Shown: positions 19,912-30,148, counted from the first letter of the stretch. The stretch is 64,000 nucleotides of DNA from an uncultured Gammaproteobacteria bacterium (GCA_964621305.1 CAZUOM010000002.1:73733-137732); one strand, 5' to 3'. Notes: generated from the letters alone by a model not told the origin. Numbers and translations: made by a program.

Positions 19912-20196
19912 ATGAACACGATGACGGTTTCAGCAACACACGCTAGAAACAATTTTTTTGAGCTGCTTGATCTGGTCGTAAGCGGCAGGACCATCGTGGT
20001 AAAAAAGGATACAAAGGAAGTAGCAGAAATCGTCCCGCGCAAACAAGTTTTAGACTGGCAGGGACTACTTAGGGCATCGAAAGCAAGCCAAGGCATACTC
20101 AGAAACTTCAAGCTGAGCGACAGTCCATTGAGAAAACCGCAAGCCTGGAAGCGTCTTGGGACGTGGGATAGGGGGATGCGGAAGCAAAACACATGA
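19912..20196 (+). CDS. Phd/YefM antitoxin
   Basis: VSATHARNNFFELLD. Confidence 0.85.
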   Translation: MNTMTVSATHARNNFFELLDLVVSGRTIVVKKDTKEVAEIVPRKQVLDWQGLLRASKASQGILRNFKLSDSPLRKPQAWKRLGTWDRGMRKQNT

Positions 20197-20570
20197 AGGT
20201 CGTTGTTGACACGAGTATTCTTGTAGATCATCTGCGAGGAGGGGATCAATGGGTGGATTTCATTCAAAAAGCAGAACGCACGGCCTCTTTGTGTCTTCCA
20301 ACAATTGTCATCTATGAGCTTTGTGCAGGGAAAAGCGCGGAGACATTAATGGTACAGGAAAAAATTTATGAGCTTACCAGGAGGCTCCAAAAAGTTGATC
20401 TGACAGAAGAGATAGCCAGGGAAGCCGGAAGGCTCTATCGCAGCGTCACATCGAATCTGGAAGCGCCGGATTATATTATTGCAGCAAGTGCTCTTACCCT
20501 TGGGGCTTCCGTCCTGACGCTCAACCGCAAACACTTCCGCCAGGTCCCCGGCTTAGTAATCGCCTCATGA
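20193..20570 (+). CDS. vapC: VapC/PIN toxin
   Basis: VDTSILVD, E, DYIIAASA, TLNRKHF. Confidence 0.9.
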   Translation: MKVVVDTSILVDHLRGGDQWVDFIQKAERTASLCLPTIVIYELCAGKSAETLMVQEKIYELTRRLQKVDLTEEIAREAGRLYRSVTSNLEAPDYIIAASALTLGASVLTLNRKHFRQVPGLVIAS

Positions 20571-21652
20571 AAACGTGGCAAAAACTTAAACAAGACCCAA
20601 AACTCTGGGAGCGGTATTTTGTGAGGGAGAAGGTAATAAAGGCTATCCGCAGGTTTTTTTTTGACCGGGGGTTTCACGAAGTGGAAACGCCCTACCTGAC
20701 AGGGAGCCTGCCTCCCGAATCATACCTTGATGTTTTTGAGACCATTCTCCTTGACCGGCATCGCCGGCCGAAACAAGCGTTTTTACCCACATCTCCGGAG
20801 CCGTTTCTCAAAAAACTCCTCGTTGCCGGCATTGGGAATTGCTTTGCTCTTCCCAAAAGCTTTCGCAACACCGAAGACATGAGCCGGACGCACAATCCGG
20901 AGTTTACGATCCTCGAGTGGTATCGGGTTAACAGTGATTACACCGATATCATGGCCGACTGCGAGGAGCTTCTTGTTTTTATAAATGCCTATTTACAAAG
21001 GAGTAGCTCAGGTCACGGCTCCGTGAAATTAACCGACCTTTTCTACCAAAAAAAACGAGTTGATCTCTCCGGCCCGTGGGAGCGGCTCTCTATGGTTGAG
21101 GCATTCCACCGGTACGCAAAGATAGATCTTACCCGCGCTTTAACCCGCCACACTCTGGCCCCGATTGCCAAGAAGAAAGGATATACTGTGGACGAAGCCT
21201 ATGGATGGGAGGAGCTATTTGACCAGATATTTCTCAATGAGGTTGTGCCGCACCTGGGGCGGGGGAGGCCGACCATCGTCTATGATTATCCGCTCGCACT
21301 TGCCGCGCTTTCGCAGAAGAAAAAATCCGATCCACGGTTTGCAGAACGGTTCGAGTTTTACATTGAAGGGCTTGAGCTTGGAGACGCATACACAGAGCTC
21401 ACTGACTGGAAAGAGCAGCTAGAGCGGTTTCGACTGGAAGAGAGGGAGCGTAAACGTCTGGGAAAGGTGGAGCACCCCATAGACATGGACTTTATTGAAG
21501 CGCTCAAGGTAGGATTGCCTCCCTCCAGCGGGATTGCGGTAGGTGTGGATCGCCTCGTGATGCTATTTGCGGATACAAACGACATTGCTAACACGCTGTT
21601 TTTCCCAGGGAAAGAATTATTTCTTAACCGCCCTGGCAAGCTCTCCAAGTAA
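20567..21652 (+). CDS. epmA: EF-P lysine aminoacylase (EpmA/GenX)
   Basis: LysRS catalytic domain only: EVETP, TSPE, FRN, HNPEFT.LEWY, ERFE, GIAVGVDRL; near efp. Confidence 0.88.
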   Translation: MKTWQKLKQDPKLWERYFVREKVIKAIRRFFFDRGFHEVETPYLTGSLPPESYLDVFETILLDRHRRPKQAFLPTSPEPFLKKLLVAGIGNCFALPKSFRNTEDMSRTHNPEFTILEWYRVNSDYTDIMADCEELLVFINAYLQRSSSGHGSVKLTDLFYQKKRVDLSGPWERLSMVEAFHRYAKIDLTRALTRHTLAPIAKKKGYTVDEAYGWEELFDQIFLNEVVPHLGRGRPTIVYDYPLALAALSQKKKSDPRFAERFEFYIEGLELGDAYTELTDWKEQLERFRLEERERKRLGKVEHPIDMDFIEALKVGLPPSSGIAVGVDRLVMLFADTNDIANTLFFPGKELFLNRPGKLSK

Positions 21653-22072
21653 TTCTTTTGGATTAACAATACGCAAAGGCGCAACGTTTTTTCGGACCTC
21701 TGCTCGCAGAAGGTGTTTTTTGTCGAGCGTGACCAGATATGTACACTGTGCTCCTTGTGCGCCCACCAACAGGTGCGCATCCGTCGATTCGACGATGCCT
21801 GAGACCTTTTCTATTTCCGCCTGGGTTACCCGTTCCCGAACCATCAGACCGGAGTTTTTGATAAACCAGGAGATTTCTTCGGGAGTTTGTTGGATTTTTT
21901 CCGCGTGATCGGCCACTTCATCAATAACCGTTTGTGAAGTAATGGCGACAATGGCTTTATTTTTTGTCAGCATGAGGAGTTTGGCGGATCCCCCGGTTGG
22001 CGAAAGGATGGCCGCGATTATGACGGACGCATCAAAGAATACGGTCGTCTTTGAGGAATGTTTTGATTTCAT
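21617..22072 (-). CDS. PIN-domain toxin
   Basis: FFDASVIIAA, DAHLL, VTLDKKHL. Confidence 0.85.
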   Translation of the reverse strand: MKSKHSSKTTVFFDASVIIAAILSPTGGSAKLLMLTKNKAIVAITSQTVIDEVADHAEKIQQTPEEISWFIKNSGLMVRERVTQAEIEKVSGIVESTDAHLLVGAQGAQCTYLVTLDKKHLLRAEVRKNVAPLRIVNPKELLGELARAVKK

Positions 22073-22274
22073 CGTCGGTGTAGATCCTGTAGGGGGCAGG
22101 TGGTGATTTGGGAAACGTAAGCACGACGTTTTTGCCCCGCTTACTTGCTTTTATCACGTCGCCCTCGGCAATTCCGAGATCTATCCGCCATTTTTTCGGG
22201 ATGGTAATCATGCCTTTTCCGAGAATTTTGAGCCACTCGTCTTGGGCTATGTTTGAAGTCAGTTGTAGTGCCAT
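22032..22274 (-). CDS. AbrB/MazE-type antitoxin
   Basis: KGMITIPKKWR..LGI.EGD. Confidence 0.85.
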   Translation of the reverse strand: MALQLTSNIAQDEWLKILGKGMITIPKKWRIDLGIAEGDVIKASKRGKNVVLTFPKSPPAPYRIYTDDEIKTFLKDDRIL

Positions 22275-22388
22275 AGGTTTAACTTTCTACATTGTAAACT
22301 TTCTAACTTTGGCTGTCAAGAGCCTAGTTTGTTTGGCAATAGTCCCTATTGCAGTATAATAAACATGTCTCCAAGGGGGGGGATTTTT

Positions 22389-22952
22389 ATGTCAACGATC
22401 ACTACCGCACAATTTAAAAAAGGGATATTTATTGAGTTTAAAGGTGAGCCGCACCAGATTGTGGACATGCAGTTTGTCAATCCTGGCAAAGGGAGTGCAT
22501 TTGTGCGGACGAGCCTCAAGTCCCTCAAAACCGGCAAAGTCCAAGACTTTACCTATAAATCCGGTGAATCTGCGGCGGAAGTGCCCATCCAAACCCACGA
22601 AATGCAGTATCTCTATAAAGAGGGGAACCGCTATGTATTCATGGACAATTTTACCTATGATCAAGTATCAGTTGCCGAAGCAATTCTTGAGGATTATCTG
22701 GACTATTTAAAACCCAACGAGGCGTACCAGGTACTCCTGCATGGGGAAACACCCATGGGCATTCGGTTTCCGAAGAAAGTACGCTTGAAGGTAACCCACG
22801 CAGAGGAGGGGGCACGCGGCAACACAGTCTCCGGAGCTGGGAAGGTCGTGGAAGTCGAAACCGGAAAAAAAGTGACAGTGCCGCTGTTTATCAAAGAGGG
22901 CGATACTATTGCCATTGATACCGAAACCGGTGCCTACCTCGAGCGGGCGTAG
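22389..22952 (+). CDS. efp: Elongation factor P
   Basis: NPGKGSAFVR, RGNT, VPLFIKEGD.I.IDT.TG.Y.ERA. Confidence 0.97.
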   Translation: MSTITTAQFKKGIFIEFKGEPHQIVDMQFVNPGKGSAFVRTSLKSLKTGKVQDFTYKSGESAAEVPIQTHEMQYLYKEGNRYVFMDNFTYDQVSVAEAILEDYLDYLKPNEAYQVLLHGETPMGIRFPKKVRLKVTHAEEGARGNTVSGAGKVVEVETGKKVTVPLFIKEGDTIAIDTETGAYLERA

Positions 22953-22996
22953 CTCTTGACAACATATACACCATCTGTTATGGTGTATATGTATAT

Positions 22997-23254
22997 ATGC
23001 AGCGATACCAAATATACCTTGATCCACACACCGTAACTATTTTGGATGATGCTTAATCTATAAGCAACGCTTCTCGTTCTCAACTCATCCGTATGGCAGC
23101 CGAAGCGGTGAGCGAAAATTTTGCAAAAATTCTAGCCGTGGTCAAGCCTGCAAATGATCGGTACACCCACCTTAATAATCTCGCTGGATTCATCAAGCCC
23201 AAAACTAAACAACCGACCAACTATGCCACGAAACGTGACCGTGACTATCTCTGA
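22997..23254 (+). pseudogene. RHH antitoxin with in-frame TAA at codon 20
   Basis: MQRYQIYLDPHTVTILDDA*SISNASRSQLIRMAAE...; similar to 30145-30420. Confidence 0.75.
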
Positions 23255-23259
23255 GGCGA

Positions 23260-23688
23260 ATGAAAGTTTTTATTGATACCAGCGCCTTCATTGCCCACTT
23301 TGTTGCAAGCGAACAACACCACCGCATCGTAGAAGAACGATTCCGGCAGAATTTCAGAGAGCGTGCTATATTCCTCACATCCGACTACGTTCTGTCTGAA
23401 CTCTTTACGCGCGTTGTCTACGATTTTGGACGAAATGCACCGGAGAAAACAATCAAGGAAATACGAGCAGCTCTATCCAAAGGTGAAATTCAAATACTTA
23501 CCATTGACGCCGCAACGTTTTCCCGATCCATGGATGTTATGATAAAGTTTTCCGATCACCCGATCTCACTCACAGACGCATCCATTGTCGTACTATACAA
23601 AAATCTGGCACTTGATGAAATGTTTACTCTTGATTCGGACTTCAAAAAACTCAAACTGACGGTTTCTTTTCCCCGTCTATCAACATAA
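23260..23688 (+). CDS. vapC: VapC/PIN toxin
   Basis: FIDTSAFIA, E, SLTDA, FTLDSDF. Confidence 0.9.
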   Translation: MKVFIDTSAFIAHFVASEQHHRIVEERFRQNFRERAIFLTSDYVLSELFTRVVYDFGRNAPEKTIKEIRAALSKGEIQILTIDAATFSRSMDVMIKFSDHPISLTDASIVVLYKNLALDEMFTLDSDFKKLKLTVSFPRLST

Positions 23689-23708
23689 GACAGTGCGTAA
23701 CCAGCTTG

Positions 23709-23753
23709 GTCGCCATCGACACCGAGACTGGACAGTGCTTGGAGCGGGCGTAA
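23709..23753 (+). repeat. Ghost copy of the efp 3' end (22908-22952)
   Basis: VAIDTETGQCLERA* vs IAIDTETGAYLERA*; 31/45 nt identical. Confidence 0.92.
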
Positions 23754-23832
23754 ACATGGAAAAATATATCATTTTGAGGACTTAAATTCCCAATTACTTG
23801 ATATTTTTTAGGACATATGATATGCTGGGGGC

Positions 23833-24963
23833 ATGTTGTACCGGCACTATCAGGACATTGAGAAACTCCTGGAGGCCAACAAAGCGCTCATTCTGCTTGG
23901 TCCACGACGCGTAGGGAAGACGACTATTCTTACAGAGTTTCTCAAAAACACATCACTCAAGTATCGTTTAGACAATGGAGACAATCTTGCCACTCGGGAC
24001 ATTTTGGGATCTCAACGCTTTGATCGAATTTTTCGATATGCCGAAGGATATGAGCTCATTGCCATAGACGAGGCCCAGCGTATTTCCAATGTGGGAATGG
24101 GTATCAAAATCTTAGTTGATCAAATTCCTGGTATTCGGGTCATTGCGACCGGTTCAGCAAGTTTTGATTTGTCGCATCAGGTGGGCGAACCGTTAGTCGG
24201 GAGAAAACGGACACTTACCATATATCCTCTGGCTCAACAGGAATTATTACATGGTGCAAGCCCTCATGATTTGGAGCAGCAAAAAGAAGATTATCTAGTT
24301 TTTGGGAGCTACCCTGAGGTATTGACTGCAAAAACCGAAGGAGAGAAGCGTGATATTCTTACTGATATTGCCCAGTCTTATCTACTCAAAGACATACTGG
24401 AATTAGACCGGGTCCGCGGATCCGCAACACTTGTTCGGCTTGTTCAACTTTTAGCGCTGCAAGTTGGGAGCGAGGTTTCTCGCTTGGAACTTGCAAGCAA
24501 TCTTGAAATTGATGTCAAAACTGTGACGCGCTATTTAGATTTATTAGAGAAGGCGTTTGTAATTTTCGAGGTTAGAGCGTATCACCGGAATCTTCGGAAA
24601 GAGCTCATGAAGAAAAGTAAGTATTTTTTTTATGATACAGGGATCAGGAACGCAGTCATTTCAAACTTTAACCGCATGTTTGTTCGTGATGACGTAGGGA
24701 GGCTATGGGAAAATTTTTGCATTGTGGAGCGGCGGAAAAAGCAAGAGTATTCCCGCCTGTACGCCAACAATTACTTTTGGCGGACGTGGGATCAAAAAGA
24801 GATAGACTGGGTGGAGATGCGGGAAGGGAAACTGTTTGGCTATGAGATAACGTGGGGGACGCAGAAAAAAATGAGGTCGAAGAACGCATGGCTTGCCGCG
24901 TATCCGAATGAAGCGGAATTTGAACTTATTAACCAGGAGAACTATCTTTCGTTTATCACATAA
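23833..24963 (+). CDS. AAA_14 ATPase with DUF4143 PD-(D/E)xK domain
   Basis: GPRRVGKT, IDEAQ, TGS, GSYP, DTG, EN, EID. Confidence 0.9.
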   Translation: MLYRHYQDIEKLLEANKALILLGPRRVGKTTILTEFLKNTSLKYRLDNGDNLATRDILGSQRFDRIFRYAEGYELIAIDEAQRISNVGMGIKILVDQIPGIRVIATGSASFDLSHQVGEPLVGRKRTLTIYPLAQQELLHGASPHDLEQQKEDYLVFGSYPEVLTAKTEGEKRDILTDIAQSYLLKDILELDRVRGSATLVRLVQLLALQVGSEVSRLELASNLEIDVKTVTRYLDLLEKAFVIFEVRAYHRNLRKELMKKSKYFFYDTGIRNAVISNFNRMFVRDDVGRLWENFCIVERRKKQEYSRLYANNYFWRTWDQKEIDWVEMREGKLFGYEITWGTQKKMRSKNAWLAAYPNEAEFELINQENYLSFIT

Positions 24964-25061
24964 TATCAGAAGATATTATCGCAATTCTTCTTCTACATTA
25001 CCCGTTAGGCTTATAAACTGATGCTTTTCACTTATCGCTTTTCAATTTATACTAAGTCTAT

Positions 25062-26546
25062 ATGCCCGAAGAATTTTTTGGTGATATCAGCGATCAAAAG
25101 ATGCCGCCGACGTACAGATTTTTCAATGGTACACAATGGGTACAAAGCGCAAGCGGAAAAACCACCGAAGTAAAATCTCCTATTGATAACTCCGCTCTCG
25201 GCAGCCTTCAAGTTGTTTCAACTGCAGAAATTGACGCTGTGATGGGAAAGGCCGTTGCGGCTCAAAAGACCTGGGAAGTAACACCTCTTAATCGGCGCGT
25301 CAAAATAATGCATTTGGCGGCTGATTGGATTCGACATTTTGAGGACTATCTAACTAACCTCCTTGTCTGGGAAATCGGCAAAACCAGCGAAGAGGCAAAG
25401 AGTGAAATCAAGCGGACAGCTGACCTGACTGATTATTTCGCCGATGAAGCACAATCCATCCGAGGAGAGGGGTTGGATAGTGACAACTTTCCGGGCTACG
25501 ATAAAGGACGAATTGCCATTGTGGAGCGCGTAGCCCACGGGGTGGTAGTGGCTATCGCTCCTTTTAACTATCCGGTTAACCTTGCCGCAAGCAAGATTGC
25601 CCCCGCTTTACTCATGGGAAATAGTGTTGTTTTTAAGCCACCCACACAGGGCGGCATAAGTGGCGTTCACTTGGCGCAGATTTTCAGGAAAGCCGGAGTG
25701 CCGGATGGAGTTTTATCCTGTATTACCGGAGGTGGCGCGGATATCGGCAATTATCTGGTCGGACACAAAAGGGCAGACATGATTGCATTTACCGGCTCCT
25801 CAGACACGGGGGTTGCGATAGCAAAAGTAGCCGGAATGAAGCCGCTGCTTTTTGAATGCGGAGGCAATAACCCGGCAGTGGTTTTGCCTGATGCGGACGC
25901 CAACCTTGCAGCACGGGAAATTGTCAAAGGGGCATTTTCTTACGCAGGGCAACGGTGCACGGGGATAAAATACGTTTTAGGAACCCGAGAAATACTAGAA
26001 ACACTAGAAACTCTGGTGGTAAAAGCGCTCGGCGAACTCGTGCATAAGGGCGATCCAAGAAGTCCGGAAACGAAAATGGTAGGACCGGTGATTTCGGAAG
26101 CTGCAGCCATCCACATTGAGGAATTGATTAATGCATCAGTGAAGGCCGGGAGCAAGATTTTGGTTGGAGGTAAACGCAACAAGGCTTATATCGAGCCAAC
26201 GATTCTAGTTAATGTCAATCCAATAATGCCAACGGTTACCAATGAAGTCTTTGGCCCGGTCGTTTCGTTTGTTACCCTAGCTGATTACGGAGAAGCAGCC
26301 AAAATCATCAATGACTCACGGTTCGGCTTGCAAGCGTCTGTGTTTACCAAGGACGTAGGCACTGGGTTAACCTTTGCCAAGCAACTTAATGTGGGAACTG
26401 TTCAAATTAACGGTTCTCCACAAAGGGGCCCGGACCATTTTCCTTTTCTCGGCGTCAAACAGTCCGGCGTCGGGGTCCAGGGAGTACGCTATTCCCTCGA
26501 GGCCATGTCCCGCTTGCGGCCGATTGTGATCAATAAACCCGCTTGA
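25062..26546 (+). CDS. gapN: Non-phosphorylating NADP-GAPDH (ALDH family)
   Basis: PFNYPVNL, FTGS, GQRCT, EVFGP, QRGPDHFPFLGVKQSG.GVQG. Confidence 0.85.
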   Translation: MPEEFFGDISDQKMPPTYRFFNGTQWVQSASGKTTEVKSPIDNSALGSLQVVSTAEIDAVMGKAVAAQKTWEVTPLNRRVKIMHLAADWIRHFEDYLTNLLVWEIGKTSEEAKSEIKRTADLTDYFADEAQSIRGEGLDSDNFPGYDKGRIAIVERVAHGVVVAIAPFNYPVNLAASKIAPALLMGNSVVFKPPTQGGISGVHLAQIFRKAGVPDGVLSCITGGGADIGNYLVGHKRADMIAFTGSSDTGVAIAKVAGMKPLLFECGGNNPAVVLPDADANLAAREIVKGAFSYAGQRCTGIKYVLGTREILETLETLVVKALGELVHKGDPRSPETKMVGPVISEAAAIHIEELINASVKAGSKILVGGKRNKAYIEPTILVNVNPIMPTVTNEVFGPVVSFVTLADYGEAAKIINDSRFGLQASVFTKDVGTGLTFAKQLNVGTVQINGSPQRGPDHFPFLGVKQSGVGVQGVRYSLEAMSRLRPIVINKPA

Positions 26547-26574
26547 CATGTGCATAATTATTTTGTAATATGTA

Positions 26575-26832
26575 ATGCGTATGACACAACTTGTAGTCCG
26601 CATCAGCGATGATCAACAAAGACAATTAATGCTTCTTGCACATCGAGAGCAGAAGCGTATTTCTGACGTGGTTCGCGATGCGCTGGAGGAGCATTTCCGG
26701 TCCAAAATGAAGACAGGGAAAAACGAACTCCTGGCGCTTGCTGAGATTGGCAAACGGTATAAAGGGAAGAAGTATCCGGCGGATCTCTCTACCAACTACA
26801 AGCGCTATCTGTATGGGGACAAGCGGATATGA
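26575..26832 (+). CDS. RHH/CopG antitoxin
   Basis: ISDVVRDAL; DLS.N...YLYG tail. Confidence 0.82.
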   Translation: MRMTQLVVRISDDQQRQLMLLAHREQKRISDVVRDALEEHFRSKMKTGKNELLALAEIGKRYKGKKYPADLSTNYKRYLYGDKRI

Positions 26833-27218
26833 TTTTTGTCGACGCTTCATTTTACGTGAGTCTCCTCAAGCCTTCTGACAGAAACCACGATAATGCAGTA
26901 GCGCTCGCCAGAGAGCACGGCATGGCCCCGAAAATTACATCGCAAGCAGTGTTGGGAGAGCTGGCAACAGTAGGATCGCAGCGATTCAGCAAGGAAGCGA
27001 CGATTGTATTTATTGAAGACATACTTCGCGGCAGCACGACGACGATTCTTTTTGACACACACGAGTTTGTGACCCGAGCGTTGGAGATTTTCAAGAAAGT
27101 CAAAAACAAGAATATAAGCTGGGTGGACTGCTATTCGCGAGCAATCATCGAAGCATACAAGATTGAAACGGTTTTGACGTTTGATAAGGACTTCCAAAAA
27201 ATGGCCCGTGCGAAGTAA
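26829..27218 (+). CDS. vapC: VapC/PIN toxin
   Basis: IFVDASF, SWVDC, LTFDKDF. Confidence 0.9.
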   Translation: MIFVDASFYVSLLKPSDRNHDNAVALAREHGMAPKITSQAVLGELATVGSQRFSKEATIVFIEDILRGSTTTILFDTHEFVTRALEIFKKVKNKNISWVDCYSRAIIEAYKIETVLTFDKDFQKMARAK

Positions 27219-27339
27219 ATTTCCCTGTTTTAACAACTCCATATCGTTATCCCTAAGCGCATCGTATGTGCAGCAGACCGTATCGCTCAAGAGGCATATG
27301 CCGTACAGGCAGAGAGAAGGAGCTAGTCGGGTTAAAGGG

Positions 27340-28857
27340 TTACTCCCATTCCATTGTCGCTGGGGGTTTAGTCGTAATGTCGTAGACGACGCGAGAAACT
27401 CTTGGGACCTCATTGACTATTCTTGATGACATAGCTGCGAGTACTTCGTACGGAAGATGCGACCACTGGCTGGTCATGATGTCCACAGATTCATACGCCC
27501 GGATGGCGACCACCTCGCCGAATACGCGGCCGTCGCCCTTGACTGCTGTGGAGTACGCGCCGGTCATGACGGCAAAGCACTGAAAAACGCTATCGTAAAG
27601 TTTTGCGGCTTTGACTTCTTCAACAACAATCCGATCCGCAATTTTTACCTGCGCGAGCCGAGCCTCGGTTACTTCGCCGCGGATCCTGACTGCGTAGCCC
27701 GGACCGGGAAAAGGATGTTCGGCGATGATGTCTTCCGGAAGCCCAGCGAGGCGGCCCAACTCACGCACTTCGTCTTTGTAGTAGTTGCGCAACGGCTCAA
27801 GAAGGGTAAGCTTTAAACTTTTTGGCAAGCCCCCAACATTGTGATGCGACTTGATATGGGAGGCGTGTTTGGTGCCTCTAGACTCAATCACATCAGAATA
27901 AATCGTCCCTTGGCCCAAAAAAGCGGCGTCTTTATATTTATTTGCCTCTTTTTGAAAAATGTCGATATAAAGTTTACCAATGGTTTTTCTTTTCGCTTCG
28001 GGATCTGTAACTCCCTTAAGCGCTGTTAAGAATCGTTTTTTTGCGTCAACAATAGTTAGTTTAGCCTTAATTAATTTATTAAAAATATACCGCACGCGTG
28101 CATCTGTTTCCGGACGCATGAGGCCACTATCAACGTAGATGGGAATAAGATTTTTGCCAATAGCTTTTCCAATTAAAAATGCGGCGACTGTTGAGTCGAC
28201 ACCTCCAGATACTGCACAGATAGCTTTTTTATTTCCAACTGACTCTTTAATACCCTGGATTATTTTTTGTAGACTAAGCGAAAGAGGGGTAAGTGTTTCA
28301 CCACAGACATCGCACGCAAAATTTTGAAGCATGGTAAGGCCCTGCTCTGTATGGTGTGCCTCCGGGTGAAATTGAACGCCAAACAACTGCCTGGTTAGGT
28401 CTACAACAGCGGCATTGATGACGCTTCTAGTTGAACCAGCGACCTCAAACCTCTTAGGCAGTCGGACGACCGTGTCTCCATGAGACATAAAAACAGAGCA
28501 GGATCGTTTCGGTAAAGAAAAAACGCCATCCTTTTTCTTAAACTGCACTTGTTGGGGGCCATATTCTTTCTGAGTGTTGCGAACTTCACCGCCCAAAAGT
28601 TTTGCCATCAGTTGCCAGCCGTAGCAGATAGCCAAAATGGGGATACCGGCATCAAATATTTCCGGATCAATTGTGGGCACTCCCTTGTCATAGACGCTCG
28701 CCGGCCCGCCGGAGAGGATTAACCCCTTCGGTTTCAGTAAAGAAATTTGTTCAAGCACATCCTCCGGATTTATAATGTTGACCGCAACACCTATGTCCCG
28801 TATCCGCCGGGCAATAAGATGCGCCATCTGTGAACCGAAGTCAACGATGAGAATCAT
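27340..28857 (-). CDS. guaA: GMP synthase (glutamine-hydrolysing)
   Basis: DFGSQ, ICYG, QFHPE, SGGVDS, KSHHNVGG, KPPATMEWE. Confidence 0.97.
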   Translation of the reverse strand: MILIVDFGSQMAHLIARRIRDIGVAVNIINPEDVLEQISLLKPKGLILSGGPASVYDKGVPTIDPEIFDAGIPILAICYGWQLMAKLLGGEVRNTQKEYGPQQVQFKKKDGVFSLPKRSCSVFMSHGDTVVRLPKRFEVAGSTRSVINAAVVDLTRQLFGVQFHPEAHHTEQGLTMLQNFACDVCGETLTPLSLSLQKIIQGIKESVGNKKAICAVSGGVDSTVAAFLIGKAIGKNLIPIYVDSGLMRPETDARVRYIFNKLIKAKLTIVDAKKRFLTALKGVTDPEAKRKTIGKLYIDIFQKEANKYKDAAFLGQGTIYSDVIESRGTKHASHIKSHHNVGGLPKSLKLTLLEPLRNYYKDEVRELGRLAGLPEDIIAEHPFPGPGYAVRIRGEVTEARLAQVKIADRIVVEEVKAAKLYDSVFQCFAVMTGAYSTAVKGDGRVFGEVVAIRAYESVDIMTSQWSHLPYEVLAAMSSRIVNEVPRVSRVVYDITTKPPATMEWE

Positions 28858-29093
28858 GGTGTTTGTCGAGAAAACCAGTAGATGGTTTTCTGGTCACGTG
28901 TGTTCACTACAAAGGCCGATGGCGTTTCAAAAGCTTGGTGGTAGACCTGCGGAGGCTCTGCATCTCGTTTTAGTGTCCACTCTTCAATGTGGAGCGACCC
29001 TTCACCTTTCTCCGCTGAAACCGTTACTGTTTCACCTGGACCGATGGCGACGGTGACCACTGTACTATCGATATAGATGTTCTTTTCTTCCAT
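28854..29093 (-). CDS. Small hypothetical protein
   Basis: 79-aa ORF filling the gap; stop overlaps the guaA ATG. Confidence 0.5.
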   Translation of the reverse strand: MEEKNIYIDSTVVTVAIGPGETVTVSAEKGEGSLHIEEWTLKRDAEPPQVYHQAFETPSAFVVNTRDQKTIYWFSRQTP

Positions 29094-29129
29094 AGTTCAG
29101 ACGCAGCGCTAATACTGCAGCTTATATAG

Positions 29130-29711
29130 TCATTTAAGATAGTATTTTTTGACGAATTGTAGTTCTTGATCCGTATAGCCGAGCGTGTGTAAAAATCGCC
29201 GTGCTTCGGCGCTTGGTTTTTCTTCCTTTTTTAATTGTTTGCTAATAAGAATGGTCATTTCGGTGGGTTCATAAGGGAAAAGGATCCAACGGCTGGTTTG
29301 TTTGACGAAAAAGTCTGGTCGGTACACCGAGTGCGGCTTGTAAAAGAGCGTGGCGCTGGTTACAGTTGCCGGTCGGAAGCGGGAGAGATAGCGAAGAGCG
29401 CGTTTAAGGGTTTTGCCTGAGTCGGCGACGTCGTCGACGATCAGGACCTGCTTCCCACCAACTGGAGCGGTGAGTTTTCCGGTGATCTTCAACTCCCCCT
29501 GCGTTTGAATATCCGTGTAGCTTTGGATGGTGATGGTGGAGATGGGGATTTGGAGGAGATCGCTCATGAGGTGGCCAAGCGTCAAGCCGCCGCGGGCAAT
29601 GGCGACGATTTCATCTGGTTTATTCTTTTGCGCGAGGATTTTTTCCGCGAGGGATTGCGAGAGAGAGTGATATTCGTTCCACGAAACCGGTAGGTATTTT
29701 ATATCCGGCAT
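29130..29711 (-). CDS. Purine phosphoribosyltransferase (type I PRT)
   Basis: AIARGG, VLIVDDVADSGKT, WILFPYE; next to guaA. Confidence 0.88.
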   Translation of the reverse strand: MPDIKYLPVSWNEYHSLSQSLAEKILAQKNKPDEIVAIARGGLTLGHLMSDLLQIPISTITIQSYTDIQTQGELKITGKLTAPVGGKQVLIVDDVADSGKTLKRALRYLSRFRPATVTSATLFYKPHSVYRPDFFVKQTSRWILFPYEPTEMTILISKQLKKEEKPSAEARRFLHTLGYTDQELQFVKKYYLK

Positions 29712-29758
29712 AAGCTATTATGCATCTGAAGACGTTTCGTTGTCAATCTGTTTGTGCA

Positions 29759-30148
29759 TTAGGGGAGGGGGCGGAGGCCGAAGAATTTGAAGTGGCGGTC
29801 AAAGGTGAGGATTTTTTTGGTTTTCAATTCTTTGCAGATTGCCACGGTGATGCAGTCAATAAGGGAGACATCTTTTTGGACTTTTGGATTGAGGAAAAGT
29901 GCGAGACCGGCCTGAAAACGTTCATGAGAGACTGGAAGGATGGTGTAATCGGCTAAAATTTTTTGGCATGCATCGATGCTCGCGATTTTTCCCATCCGTT
30001 GGCTCACGACGGTGAGCGTTTCTTTTATAACGTCTTCGGACGTGACGAGTTCGTTTTCGTCGGTGGGATAAAGACGCATGGCCCGAGAGAAGTTTCGGTC
30101 CGTGGTAAAGAAAAATGATACAAAAAAACTCGCGTCAACGAATATCAT
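29759..30148 (-). CDS. vapC: VapC/PIN toxin
   Basis: IFVDASFF, SLIDC, LTFDRHF. Confidence 0.9.
   Translation of the reverse strand: MIFVDASFFVSFFFTTDRNFSRAMRLYPTDENELVTSEDVIKETLTVVSQRMGKIASIDACQKILADYTILPVSHERFQAGLALFLNPKVQKDVSLIDCITVAICKELKTKKILTFDRHFKFFGLRPLP

Noticed and set aside
24951-24990. Second, older efp ghost after the AAA gene (GTTTATCACA...GATATTATCGCAATT)
   Set aside because: It needs a gap, has no stop in register and is AT-rich, so it could be chance.
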